UHGV virus genome: UHGV-1375816
Direction: 5' to 3' (one strand)
Length of the DNA: 48,935 nt
Source: a virus
Shown one piece after another: positions 28,761 to 37,045 of the stretch (the first letter of the stretch is position 1; each line of letters begins with the position of its first letter). Made by a program: the position numbers and the translations under genes. The notes under the pieces are model-generated. The model was not told the DNA's origin and ran no database searches. It worked only from the letters and a program-made list of their open reading frames with translations.

Positions 28761-28934
28761 ATGTTGAAAGTAAACGTGTGGTTTATGACAACCGGCGACC
28801 TTCCGGTTACAGTGGAAATAGATGATGGCGACTCATCGTTTTCCGACGAAATTGAAAAACAAGATTACGTGTTGGATTACTTAATGAATAACGGGTTTTC
28901 TGACAAAGAAGGATTGACATTTAAAATAGTTTAG
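28761..28934 (+). CDS. Small acidic protein (57 aa), possibly a fibre assembly factor
   Basis: Strong GGGAGGG RBS. MLKVNVWFMTTGDLPVTVEIDDGDSSFSDEIEKQDYVLDYLMNNGFSDKEGLTFKIV. A terminator follows. Not in the ORF track (<60 aa). Confidence 0.45.
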   Translation: MLKVNVWFMTTGDLPVTVEIDDGDSSFSDEIEKQDYVLDYLMNNGFSDKEGLTFKIV

Positions 28935-28952
28935 GGGCGTAAGCCCCTTTCA
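28933..28952 (+). terminator. Intrinsic terminator AGGGGCgtaaGCCCCTTT
   Basis: Stem-loop followed by T's. Confidence 0.7.
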
Positions 28953-28973
28953 CCCGTCCACAACGCATCTGAA

Positions 28974-29001
28974 TTGACTAATGAGAGATTCGCGGTATCA
29001 T
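28974..29001 (+). promoter_or_regulatory. Sigma70-like promoter TTGACT, 16-nt spacer, TATCAT
   Basis: Hexamers at 28974..28979 and 28996..29001. Confidence 0.5.
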
Positions 29002-29034
29002 TAGTACATCTTCCATCAATTCCCGTGGGTACTG

Positions 29035-29748
29035 ATGAACTTCTTCTCGGCTCCCTACTTCGTACCGCTGACGATTGTCAGCGGCTACGTCGCAAATGAG
29101 TCAGATGCTCCAAATCGCATCTACGCTCAGTATCGTAACAAGCCAAAGGCTGCCGCTTGGTATAACATCACGCGTAGTCTGGGTACGCAGATTGCAGATG
29201 TGGCTGCAGCTGTCCGTATTATGTATTCGATCGACGGTGCGCAAGGTGAGCAACTCGACGTTATTGGGCGCATTGTGGTGATACCCAGGGATTTTATGGG
29301 TGAAGTCACTATGGAAACGGCAATGTGCGCCAGCGATGTCAATGGCCCGGCTGAATTCGGTGACACCTCCGCAATGTGTAGTCTACCATCTGTTGACCAG
29401 TCGATGACAATGTCGGACAACTTATATCGCCTGGCAATTAAATCTAAAATTCTTAAAAATAACTCATACGCGACCATTGAAGACATTATTAATGGGATGA
29501 ATTTCCTGTTACCTAACGCACAGGTTACTCGTCTGGTTGACGGTGAGGACATGAGTTTCTCCGTGGAATTCTACGGGCAAATCACAGACCTCGAACGGTG
29601 GGCGCTCCTCAATGCCTCTTTCGTTCCGAAGCCGCAGGGTGTAAAATTCAATGGTTTCCTTGAGGCTTATGATTACGTACAGGCAGGTGACTCGTCAACT
29701 CAGTTTGGTGATTCATTGGCACAAGCGACCGGATTTATAGGAGTTTAA
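29035..29748 (+). CDS. DUF2612-like tail protein (candidate)
   Basis: Position between fibre genes. 237 aa. Confidence 0.35.
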   Translation: MNFFSAPYFVPLTIVSGYVANESDAPNRIYAQYRNKPKAAAWYNITRSLGTQIADVAAAVRIMYSIDGAQGEQLDVIGRIVVIPRDFMGEVTMETAMCASDVNGPAEFGDTSAMCSLPSVDQSMTMSDNLYRLAIKSKILKNNSYATIEDIINGMNFLLPNAQVTRLVDGEDMSFSVEFYGQITDLERWALLNASFVPKPQGVKFNGFLEAYDYVQAGDSSTQFGDSLAQATGFIGV

Positions 29749-29751
29749 ATA

Positions 29752-30645
29752 ATGGCTTTAGATCGTAGCAACCGTTACCCTGGGCGGTTCGAGAATCCCA
29801 CGACGGAGCAACCTCAGGGCGCATTTAAAAACCGTACATCACCGACAGCAGAAGATGGTTCATATTTCGAGGCCGATTGGGCCAATGACATGAGTGGTTT
29901 TTTCGCTCGTGTGCTTAACGTAGCAGGTGTTACGCCGAACGGGACTGTCGATAATGGGGTGAACAGTCAACTTTATGATGCGTTGATGACTGCGACACCG
30001 GGAAGATTACTTAATGTCCGCGCGTTCACAACTGATACGGTGGTATCGAAGACCCCGGGTGCCAAAAAGTGGAGAATTAGAGCGGTTGGTGGTGGCGGTG
30101 GTAGCTCCGCAGCGGCAGCCACTGGGGTCGGTCAAACATCGATGAGTAACGGTGGTGGGGCCGGTGCTTATGCTGAGGGCATTTACGATGTTGCCACGAT
30201 TAATTCTCTGCAAGTGACGATTGGTGCGGGTGGTGCCGGTGGTACAGCTTCGTCCACATACGGCGGCGATGGCGGAACAACGTCCGTGGGCACCTTGATT
30301 AGCTGTCCGGGTGGTAAAGCCGGTCAACCGGCTGGTCCGGCGAACCCACCGTTCCAACCTGTCGCCAACGCTAACAGTAATTCCCCTACCGGCTGGAACA
30401 TCTTCGGTGTTTCTGGACCGGGTTCCGCCGCTGGCTTCGCCATTTCAACCGATGTCACTATCGGTTCCAGGGGTTCAGATGGGCTCATGGGCGTGGGTGG
30501 TGCGGTGCAGACAATCAACCACCCGGCAGTAACCGGTGGTGGTTGGGGTTCCGGAGCATCCGGATGTTCCAACGGTCCATCCCAACCACTGAGGAACGGT
30601 GCCGCCGGACGCCCTGGGCTGGTAATCATTGAAGAGTACTCATAA
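29752..30645 (+). CDS. Gly-rich tail fibre protein
   Basis: Long GGGGS/GAGG-rich segments (GGGGGSSAAAATGVG..GAGGAGGTASS). Confidence 0.5.
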   Translation: MALDRSNRYPGRFENPTTEQPQGAFKNRTSPTAEDGSYFEADWANDMSGFFARVLNVAGVTPNGTVDNGVNSQLYDALMTATPGRLLNVRAFTTDTVVSKTPGAKKWRIRAVGGGGGSSAAAATGVGQTSMSNGGGAGAYAEGIYDVATINSLQVTIGAGGAGGTASSTYGGDGGTTSVGTLISCPGGKAGQPAGPANPPFQPVANANSNSPTGWNIFGVSGPGSAAGFAISTDVTIGSRGSDGLMGVGGAVQTINHPAVTGGGWGSGASGCSNGPSQPLRNGAAGRPGLVIIEEYS

Positions 30646-30876
30646 AGTTTTACAACCTTCCCACCACTTTTGCCACCGGGACACTCTGTCCCGGTCGGCC
30701 ATCAGAACTTCCCCGTTATGTGGAATTACTGTGGCGGCTCGTTCGGGATCGCCATCGGTTGTCCACAATTCACCGCTCGGTGTGAGCAGGTCATTAGATG
30801 GTGGTGGACATTTACGTACTTCCTGAGCACAGGCGGTTAAAGTAAGTACTGCTACCAGCAGGATAAGTTTTTTCAT
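30640..30876 (-). CDS. o-spanin (Rz1-like outer-membrane lipoprotein)
   Basis: Signal peptide plus lipobox LTAC, then a Pro-rich mature part CAQEVRKCPPPSNDLLTP. It is immediately downstream of an Rz-like gene. Confidence 0.65.
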   Translation of the reverse strand: MKKLILLVAVLTLTACAQEVRKCPPPSNDLLTPSGELWTTDGDPERAATVIPHNGEVLMADRDRVSRWQKWWEGCKTL

Positions 30877-31214
30877 TTTACGGTCGCATCATACAAGTCG
30901 AGGATACCACTCTCTTTGACACACTGAGCGGTGGCGGAGTCTTTAATTCGGTCACGGTAAATAGTGACTTTTTCAACGACTTTTTTGGTTCGGGCTTCTT
31001 TCAGTTCCTGTTGCTTTTTCTGCAATTCCACATCAGAAGCATTGAGTTTTTCCTGCAGCGCGTCACGGGCTTCGACGGCTGCTTTGTATTCTTTGAAATC
31101 GTCCAGCTTGACCGACCGCTTCCCTTGTGAATATCCCCACCAGAACGCCAGTGCGAGTAACACGATCGTGGCTATGATTGTGCGCATCATTTCTCCCCCA
31201 GTGTATACAGACAT
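30873..31214 (-). CDS. i-spanin (Rz-like): N-terminal TMD followed by a coiled coil
   Basis: IIATIVLLALAFWWGY TMD then KLDDFKEYKAAVEARDALQEKL.... GGAGGAG RBS before ATG 31214. Confidence 0.6.
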   Translation of the reverse strand: MSVYTGGEMMRTIIATIVLLALAFWWGYSQGKRSVKLDDFKEYKAAVEARDALQEKLNASDVELQKKQQELKEARTKKVVEKVTIYRDRIKDSATAQCVKESGILDLYDATVK

Positions 31215-31744
31215 AGATACTCCTCCTGCTCCCGGCGAATCGGCTGTCCGGAACAGTTGTTACTTTTAATACGGCAGTCACGACCACCATCGAACACCCA
31301 ACGAGGGATCTGTTTACACGCGTTCTTCCAGTCGCCTTTTTGCAGCAATTTGAAGAATGTTGACCCCTTACATTTAGTGGGTCCAATGTTGTACGGACAG
31401 AACGATGCAATACCGACCTGTTGCACCGGGTTCAGTTTTACCGGGATATTGTCGCGTACCCATTTGAGCGACTTTTGCGCTTCTTTATCGTTCAGAAGGT
31501 CACACTGCTTTTCGGTAAGTCGCATACCCTTTGTCACTGGCTTACCGTCGATGCGCGTCACACCCCGGCAGATGGTCCAGATGGGAGGATTTGCACTGTC
31601 CAGATATGCTGTCAGCCTGTTCCCTTCCTTCTCGTTCAGGAACTGATTGAGCAGATCTGTCTGTGTGACTACCGCGGTACCTGTGCCACCCATCGCAAAT
31701 GCGGTGAGAAGAGCAGTCATTTGTTTGCTTAGAGGATTTCTCAT
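31187..31744 (-). CDS. SAR endolysin (lambda R / T4 lysozyme fold, GH24)
   Basis: Catalytic E-8aa-D-5aa-T pattern NEKEGNRLTAYLDSANPPIWTICRG. Weakly hydrophobic Gly/Ala-rich N-terminal segment MTALLTAFAMGGTGTAVV. Start ATG 31744; the track's 31765 is TTG. Confidence 0.8.
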   Translation of the reverse strand: MRNPLSKQMTALLTAFAMGGTGTAVVTQTDLLNQFLNEKEGNRLTAYLDSANPPIWTICRGVTRIDGKPVTKGMRLTEKQCDLLNDKEAQKSLKWVRDNIPVKLNPVQQVGIASFCPYNIGPTKCKGSTFFKLLQKGDWKNACKQIPRWVFDGGRDCRIKSNNCSGQPIRREQEEYLCLYTLGEK

Positions 31745-31798
31745 TCGGTAACACCTGCTGTACAATTAAGCTTAATATTAACATATGAGGATGATAAA

Positions 31799-31915
31799 AT
31801 GTACAAGACCAAGTCAGCTGTAGTTAAACCACGTAAGGCAGGAGACGCCGGTGGGGCGTGTGTTAAACCTCGTGGTAAAACCGGTGACGCGAAAGTAAAA
31901 CGGCGGACCAAGTAA
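31799..31915 (+). CDS. 38-aa highly basic peptide (MYKTKSAVVKPRKAGDAGGACVKPRGKTGDAKVKRRTK)
   Basis: GAGGA RBS 8 nt upstream. Its stop lies 3 nt before the next gene. Confidence 0.35.
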   Translation: MYKTKSAVVKPRKAGDAGGACVKPRGKTGDAKVKRRTK

Positions 31916-31918
31916 ACA

Positions 31919-32341
31919 ATGTACGCCCTCCTGATTGCCTCGGTAATCGCCAGACCTCGAGGAGCCTCGTTTCTCTTCGTGATGGTGGCGACTCTTTTCC
32001 AGAAGTTGTGCAGCAATCTGGATGGTTCGATTTACTTTTTCCTCGCCGCATTTTGCGATTTCGCAGTGGTCGGCATTCTGTATCGGTTTGGAACATCCCG
32101 GAAGTCTCTCGACATGATGCTCATCAGCATTGTCTCCATGTTGATTAACCTAATGGGGTGGTTTCTGTGGTTTTTCTATCGACCACTCGACATCTATGCG
32201 GCAACGTTCACGATGCTGTACTGCGTGGCAATCTTCACGATACTGAAAAAGGACAGTGACGATGCTGGAGGTATTGCGGTTCATATCGACAACTCTGGCC
32301 ATCGTTCTCATGTTGGTGCGGGTTGTCGAGTGGTACATTGA
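31919..32341 (+). CDS. Four-TMD membrane protein (holin or antiholin candidate)
   Basis: Four hydrophobic segments. Adjacent to the pinholin-like gene. Confidence 0.4.
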   Translation: MYALLIASVIARPRGASFLFVMVATLFQKLCSNLDGSIYFFLAAFCDFAVVGILYRFGTSRKSLDMMLISIVSMLINLMGWFLWFFYRPLDIYAATFTMLYCVAIFTILKKDSDDAGGIAVHIDNSGHRSHVGAGCRVVH

Positions 32342-32355
32342 AGCGAGAAAACGCT

Positions 32356-32637
32356 ATGAGCTTTACTGGAAACACACAAGTCGGAACAGTAGTGGCGAGC
32401 GGGACGACGATAACGGGACTGATGACTAAATACGGCATTACCCCGGAAACCGTCGGTATCTTCGCCACCTTGTGTGGTATTATACTGACGGTTGTCATGA
32501 TTTGTGGTCACATACAACGAATTCGTAATGAGTCCGCCGAGCGTAAGGAGAAGGAAATTATTGCGCGAATTGAGCGCGAAAAGGCAGAAATTGAACTTGC
32601 TGAAATGCGTCAAAAGACGAACAAACCGGCGCAGTAA
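32356..32637 (+). CDS. Pinholin-like holin (class II: SAR-like TMD1, TMD2, charged C-terminus)
   Basis: TQVGTVVASGTTITGLM (weak TMD), VGIFATLCGIILTVVMICG (TMD), then RIRNESAERKEKEIIARIEREKAE. It pairs with the SAR endolysin. The track start at 32323 is upstream. Confidence 0.55.
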   Translation: MSFTGNTQVGTVVASGTTITGLMTKYGITPETVGIFATLCGIILTVVMICGHIQRIRNESAERKEKEIIARIEREKAEIELAEMRQKTNKPAQ

Positions 32638-32653
32638 TGCGCCGGTAGTTTCA

Positions 32654-32995
32654 CTAACCGTAAGGCTTCCACACGACCACGGATGCTTTTTCACATTGCC
32701 TCACCATATCCGCAGTCCCATTACCGCCGGGAAACGCAACACAGTAATCGGGTTTTCCAAAGTTTAACATTGCCCAATTTCGCTTCGGTCCGGCCCCTTT
32801 ACCATGTGCATTCCACAGGGCATCCATTCTCATAACGAACACGCCGTGTTTCTTCGCCCACATGTCAGCGATGCTATCCGTGCCTCTCGCACCACCGTGG
32901 ATAATTAGTTCAATTTTGAACGGCAACATCTCCATAGCTTTTTCAAACGCATCAAAATCCGAATAATCCCGCCCACCTGTTATGAGAACTTTCAT
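32654..32995 (-). CDS. DUF2493 / SLOG-family (DprA-like Rossmann) protein
   Basis: MKVLITGGRDY...IIHGGARGTDSIADMWAKKHGV...HGKGAGPKRNWAML matches the DUF2493 pattern. Confidence 0.6.
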   Translation of the reverse strand: MKVLITGGRDYSDFDAFEKAMEMLPFKIELIIHGGARGTDSIADMWAKKHGVFVMRMDALWNAHGKGAGPKRNWAMLNFGKPDYCVAFPGGNGTADMVRQCEKASVVVWKPYG

Positions 32996-33585
32996 TTTGT
33001 GACCCCCAACAACGGTAAAACTAACTTTTCCGCTTCTTTCACATAATATTCGTAGTCCAGACTACCCCAGTCGAAATCCTTAGCGTCGGCACACTCTGTC
33101 ACCTTCCACCCCGCGCACATACTTGTTTCACGTACTGCATCATGCTTGCTGCGGCTCTTCGTGTGGATACGTTCATCCCACGGTATACCGATGCTGTCGA
33201 GTTCTCCCGGTTGCCCTGTAATCTCACGCATTACCGCATTGTACACGTCGTCTTTGACACCATTCTTGCGCTTCCATGTGCCGGGTGTGCCGGTTGGTGG
33301 TAACAGCTTAACCAGTGACCCACCATTGCGCGAGATAAACACACGTGTGGTGTTCTGCATCTCCTGTTCAGCACCCCATTCAGGCCAACGCATTACCAGA
33401 CGTGCAGAGCGCGGTACTTTAGCGCGCAGCATGAAGTCGAACGGGTCACGATGCCGAGTGATGAATGTGCGGATGTCCTCACCGTGTACGAGGGCGGCTT
33501 CGGCAGCGCGGGCAACAATCATCGCCGATGGGTCTTGATGCCACTGGTATTTGTACTCGTAACACCCTTTTCTTTTAATCTTCAC
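32992..33585 (-). CDS. Candidate C-terminal (thumb, KxY) fragment of the split family-B DNA polymerase
   Basis: Begins VKIKRKGCYEYKY (KxY-like) with a GGAGG RBS before GTG 33585. It lies immediately downstream of the homing endonuclease gene that follows the PolB N-fragment. Confidence 0.4.
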   Translation of the reverse strand: MKIKRKGCYEYKYQWHQDPSAMIVARAAEAALVHGEDIRTFITRHRDPFDFMLRAKVPRSARLVMRWPEWGAEQEMQNTTRVFISRNGGSLVKLLPPTGTPGTWKRKNGVKDDVYNAVMREITGQPGELDSIGIPWDERIHTKSRSKHDAVRETSMCAGWKVTECADAKDFDWGSLDYEYYVKEAEKLVLPLLGVTK

Positions 33586-34411
33586 GGGTTGCCTCCAGCA
33601 TTTCTAAAATTCGATTGTCCCATTTCAACCATTCGGTACAACCATCAAAACCGGATAATCCAGCATTAACGAAAGAAGAATGATATTTTCTCTCCAAGTT
33701 CCTAGCGTCGTCGACCATCATCATTCTCATGAGTTTGAATCCGAACGGGGTTGCCCTTTTCAACTGTGAGAAGCGCCTGGTTGGTCTATTGGTTATTCCT
33801 ACCTTTACAAATTTCGAGTCATCACTGCGGAGAAAATAGATATATCCGGGCAAGGATGGATTGAAACCACCGTATTCGCAACAATATGGACACCCCGTAC
33901 CCTTGTTGCATACATTATCGGAGGTGGCATCCCATTCATGACCATTACCACATCGGAATCGAGATAACTTTCGACTACTACCACGATAAATCAGACAACT
34001 TAGCCCTCTCGCCGCTATCCGCTCATTTATATCTTCCACCGACAATCTCACTCTCTTCGAGCAGTGAGGGCAACCTGATGAACGCATCACACTATCGGCG
34101 GTCGTTTCCCATTCATGACCATTGACACAGCGGAATCGCGATTTACCCATGACACTACCCGAATACCTAATGCACAATATACTCCTGGTCGACAACCTTT
34201 TATTTATTTCTTCCAACTTAAGCTTCGCCCTACCGGCACAATGGGGGCATCCGTTACCAGACAGTACCGCATCTGCGCGGACAGACCACAAATGCCCGTG
34301 GGAGCATTTGAAATTGGATTTCCTCATTGTCGAACCAGCATAGGATATACAAATCAACCCACGTTCATGGATTCTCTCGTTGATCGAATCGATGGTGTGT
34401 CTCATTTTCAT
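33575..34411 (-). CDS. T5orf172-domain homing-type endonuclease with zinc-ribbon repeats, inserted in the PolB gene
   Basis: Three CxxGHEW...GxGCPxC modules plus C-terminal KVGITNRPTRRFSQLKRATPFGF...CTEWLKW. ATG 34411 overlaps the PolB fragment stop (ATGA). Confidence 0.7.
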   Translation of the reverse strand: MKMRHTIDSINERIHERGLICISYAGSTMRKSNFKCSHGHLWSVRADAVLSGNGCPHCAGRAKLKLEEINKRLSTRSILCIRYSGSVMGKSRFRCVNGHEWETTADSVMRSSGCPHCSKRVRLSVEDINERIAARGLSCLIYRGSSRKLSRFRCGNGHEWDATSDNVCNKGTGCPYCCEYGGFNPSLPGYIYFLRSDDSKFVKVGITNRPTRRFSQLKRATPFGFKLMRMMMVDDARNLERKYHSSFVNAGLSGFDGCTEWLKWDNRILEMLEATRED

Positions 34412-35931
34412 TCTATTACCATTATATAACTGTTCACATCGCGCTGATAAAGAGATTTCACAATGTCGGTCTCCAGATTCAGCATTGTCGTTTTTTCCCA
34501 TTCGGCACAAATCGATTCAACTAAAGTTTCGTATTTGTTTTCGTAAAAGATGACGATTCCGTCAGTATTAGTTTGGGGCACTACTAACCCTGGTACGCGA
34601 GTCGTAAGTTGATCCACTAACATCGCCAAACAAAGCTGCCCCGTGATGGTAATACTCAGGAGACACTTGTGGTCGCAGAACGGGCTAAACTTGCTCCCCA
34701 TGTTCCCAAAGGTAGAATTTAACGCAAGTTTCAATGTCGCGTCGACAGTTTTATCTCCCGCTCGTTTGGCATCGCGACGACGAATGAATAGTTGTTCGTA
34801 TACGTCACAAAAAATTTCACTAAGGTGTTCTGGGTAATAACGATTCTTAATTGAGATGGATGGGTACATACTCGTACAGTCTTTGTTTTGCAAATTGTGT
34901 GTTCGGGTAGAATGTACAACGTAGTTCGGAATTCCACTGTGGATACCACCCAAACCGAAAGTATATTCAACGCCGTCGACAACGGCGACCATGTCATTGA
35001 AAACGCCCTTCGTGGTTAGTAACTCATCCTGCTGTTTCTTCGTGAGTACAACCCCACGAATGCGTTCCAGAATTTGATTGAACTCCGGTCGTTCGAATTT
35101 GATATAAGGGGGTATGCAATCAGCGAGCGCGATACGTTCACGAATAGTTACCCCTGAGCAATCCACCCCCGCCTTTTCCAGTTCATGAACAAATATATCT
35201 TTACCGATTTTGGTGTCGGCATGATTCATAAAGTTACGTCCGTATTGCTTTGTCAGTTCCTCGCGGAAATGAATTTTGTCGAGTGAACGTACAAAGAATT
35301 TAAGTGTTTCACGAACGTCGTGCTTGTTGTATGCGATGAGGAAATCTTTCTGCTGGTCGTTCAACACCATTTCGACCGGGAATGGCAGGTCTTTTACGTT
35401 GGGGGACCGCATGCCTACTTCTAACGCCTTCAGGCTGGTACGTCGGGCTTTATTGTCGAAGTGGTTTATTTTGTACAGGTCAATCTGCTCGAAAATCTGG
35501 TCGCGGTCCCATATAATTTCTGGCCACTGACCTTCGGGCTTAATCTGTGATTGCGCCTTCGCATAAATCTGTTCCAGTGTACAACCCGGCGTATTGACCA
35601 CGTAGTGTAGCACCGGATAGTCGAATGCCAGGTTATTAAATCCAATCCCACGGGCCTTACTACGTCCCAGGTTGAATACAAATTCGATTAATTGCGGCTG
35701 CTCGTTTTTACGATCACTGATTTCGAAGACTAACTCCATACCTGTCGCAGCGTGAATAAATGAGGCGGTGAAGATGTTCTTGTATGTCTCTAAATCGTAT
35801 CCCCAGTCTCGTGGGTCCAGTGGTGCAACGCTGGAGAACGCCGAATCAGCCCCACAGTGGGGGCAATTGTGGAGGTCAGCAGGATAATTTTTACCACACG
35901 TTGCATCCTCGCATTTTGATAAATAGTGCAT
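34408..35931 (-). CDS. Family-B DNA polymerase, N-terminal fragment (zinc finger, 3'-5' exonuclease, palm motifs A, B and C)
   Basis: Exo I WGYDLETY, Exo II FNNLAFDYPVL, Exo III YNKHDV. Motif A DCTSMYPSI (DxxSLYPS), motif B KLALNSTFG (Kx3NSxYG), motif C TNTDGI. The ORF ends ~45 aa after motif C. Confidence 0.75.
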   Translation of the reverse strand: MHYLSKCEDATCGKNYPADLHNCPHCGADSAFSSVAPLDPRDWGYDLETYKNIFTASFIHAATGMELVFEISDRKNEQPQLIEFVFNLGRSKARGIGFNNLAFDYPVLHYVVNTPGCTLEQIYAKAQSQIKPEGQWPEIIWDRDQIFEQIDLYKINHFDNKARRTSLKALEVGMRSPNVKDLPFPVEMVLNDQQKDFLIAYNKHDVRETLKFFVRSLDKIHFREELTKQYGRNFMNHADTKIGKDIFVHELEKAGVDCSGVTIRERIALADCIPPYIKFERPEFNQILERIRGVVLTKKQQDELLTTKGVFNDMVAVVDGVEYTFGLGGIHSGIPNYVVHSTRTHNLQNKDCTSMYPSISIKNRYYPEHLSEIFCDVYEQLFIRRRDAKRAGDKTVDATLKLALNSTFGNMGSKFSPFCDHKCLLSITITGQLCLAMLVDQLTTRVPGLVVPQTNTDGIVIFYENKYETLVESICAEWEKTTMLNLETDIVKSLYQRDVNSYIMVIE

Positions 35932-35979
35932 CTCTGTTCCTCTCTGTAAGAAAAGCCCCAGTTAAGGGGCTAAAGGCAT

Positions 35980-36099
35980 TACGATTTATTTAACCCATTC
36001 TGGTTAATATATTCCCGGCGTTGCTCCTGCACCTTTTTGATAGCGCGTTCCAGTTCGGCTAACTTTTCATCAAACTGTTTCAGTCGTTGGTCGGTCATG
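35980..36099 (-). CDS. 39-aa coiled-coil peptide
   Basis: AGAGAGGTG RBS. MTDQRLKQFDEKLAELERAIKKVQEQRREYINQNGLNKS. A hairpin with a T-run follows on the minus strand. Not in the ORF track. Confidence 0.4.
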
Positions 36100-36146
36100 A
36101 TACACCTCTCTGTTGAGTTACCCCGGCTCGCACCGGGGCGTTGTGG

Positions 36147-36959
36147 TTATGCTACTTTCTGACAGTGTTGTGCGATTAACTCTTCGCTCCAGCCGGGCAT
36201 ACCAAGCAACTGTGCTTTGGTATACACCGCGCCGTTGTAGCTGTACTTCTCTTCAACAACCGGCGGCGGTGTTACTAACAGGTCAGTTGCTGGCGGTGGT
36301 GTTGCAGGTGCCGGAGCAGCTGGAGTCGGGGTTGGAGCTACCTGAGCAGGTGCACCACCGCCGAATACGCTTGCTGCATCCGGACCACTACCTTCACGAA
36401 CAATCGCTTCGCCAGAGCGTGAAAGTTCGAGCAGGTTCGGGTTCAAATACACGCCCGGAGTTTTGGACGGCTTATTACCTTTTGCCACAATATTCACACG
36501 AACGTAATCACCGAGTTTAATAGCATTTGCGTCCTGAATCGCATCGAGCGGGTTATATTTACCAACATGATAACAGTTGTACGGAATACGGGTGTTCAGG
36601 TGCAAGACCCAGTGACCGCGTTTATATTCGTCCTCATTCGGTGCGTGACCGGCTTTGTTAGGGATATCACTGTCACCGTCGATCACTTTCCAGGAAAAGT
36701 CGGGGCGGCGAGTGGTGGCGGCATCGTAACCGTTTTCAGCGTCCATCGCCGCCATTACGATTTGTTTACCCCATTCGGTATCTTTCCAGTCCGCTTCACC
36801 GGTTTTAGGAATTGCAATACCGATGTAAATCTCTTTAATGGGCTGACCATCTTTACCAAGAACCGGTTGTTTTGTAACTCCATCAGTGCGTACATTCTGT
36901 TTCAGCGGGTGGCCGTGAATCAGGCGAGCAACAGGGGTAACGAAAGTAAATTGAGCCAT
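36147..36959 (-). CDS. Candidate ssDNA-binding protein (DUF2815-like) with Pro/Ala-rich linker
   Basis: Position between the polymerase and the DUF2800-like nuclease, the usual arrangement of that replication module. AGAGAGGA RBS. The linker is PTPTPAAPAPATPPPA. Confidence 0.35.
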   Translation of the reverse strand: MAQFTFVTPVARLIHGHPLKQNVRTDGVTKQPVLGKDGQPIKEIYIGIAIPKTGEADWKDTEWGKQIVMAAMDAENGYDAATTRRPDFSWKVIDGDSDIPNKAGHAPNEDEYKRGHWVLHLNTRIPYNCYHVGKYNPLDAIQDANAIKLGDYVRVNIVAKGNKPSKTPGVYLNPNLLELSRSGEAIVREGSGPDAASVFGGGAPAQVAPTPTPAAPAPATPPPATDLLVTPPPVVEEKYSYNGAVYTKAQLLGMPGWSEELIAQHCQKVA

Positions 36960-37045
36960 CTTGTAAATCCTCTCTGCTAAGTGTGGGAGACCCTCTGTCT
37001 CCCGGTGATTTGAATACTACGTTAGTTTGACGGGTGCGTCAACAA

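Noticed and set aside
31741-32016. Minus-strand ORFs 31741..32016 and 31863..32096 as a holin upstream of the endolysin
   Set aside because: No TMD and no RBS. The plus-strand 4-TMD protein and pinholin-like gene occupy the same space with better signals.
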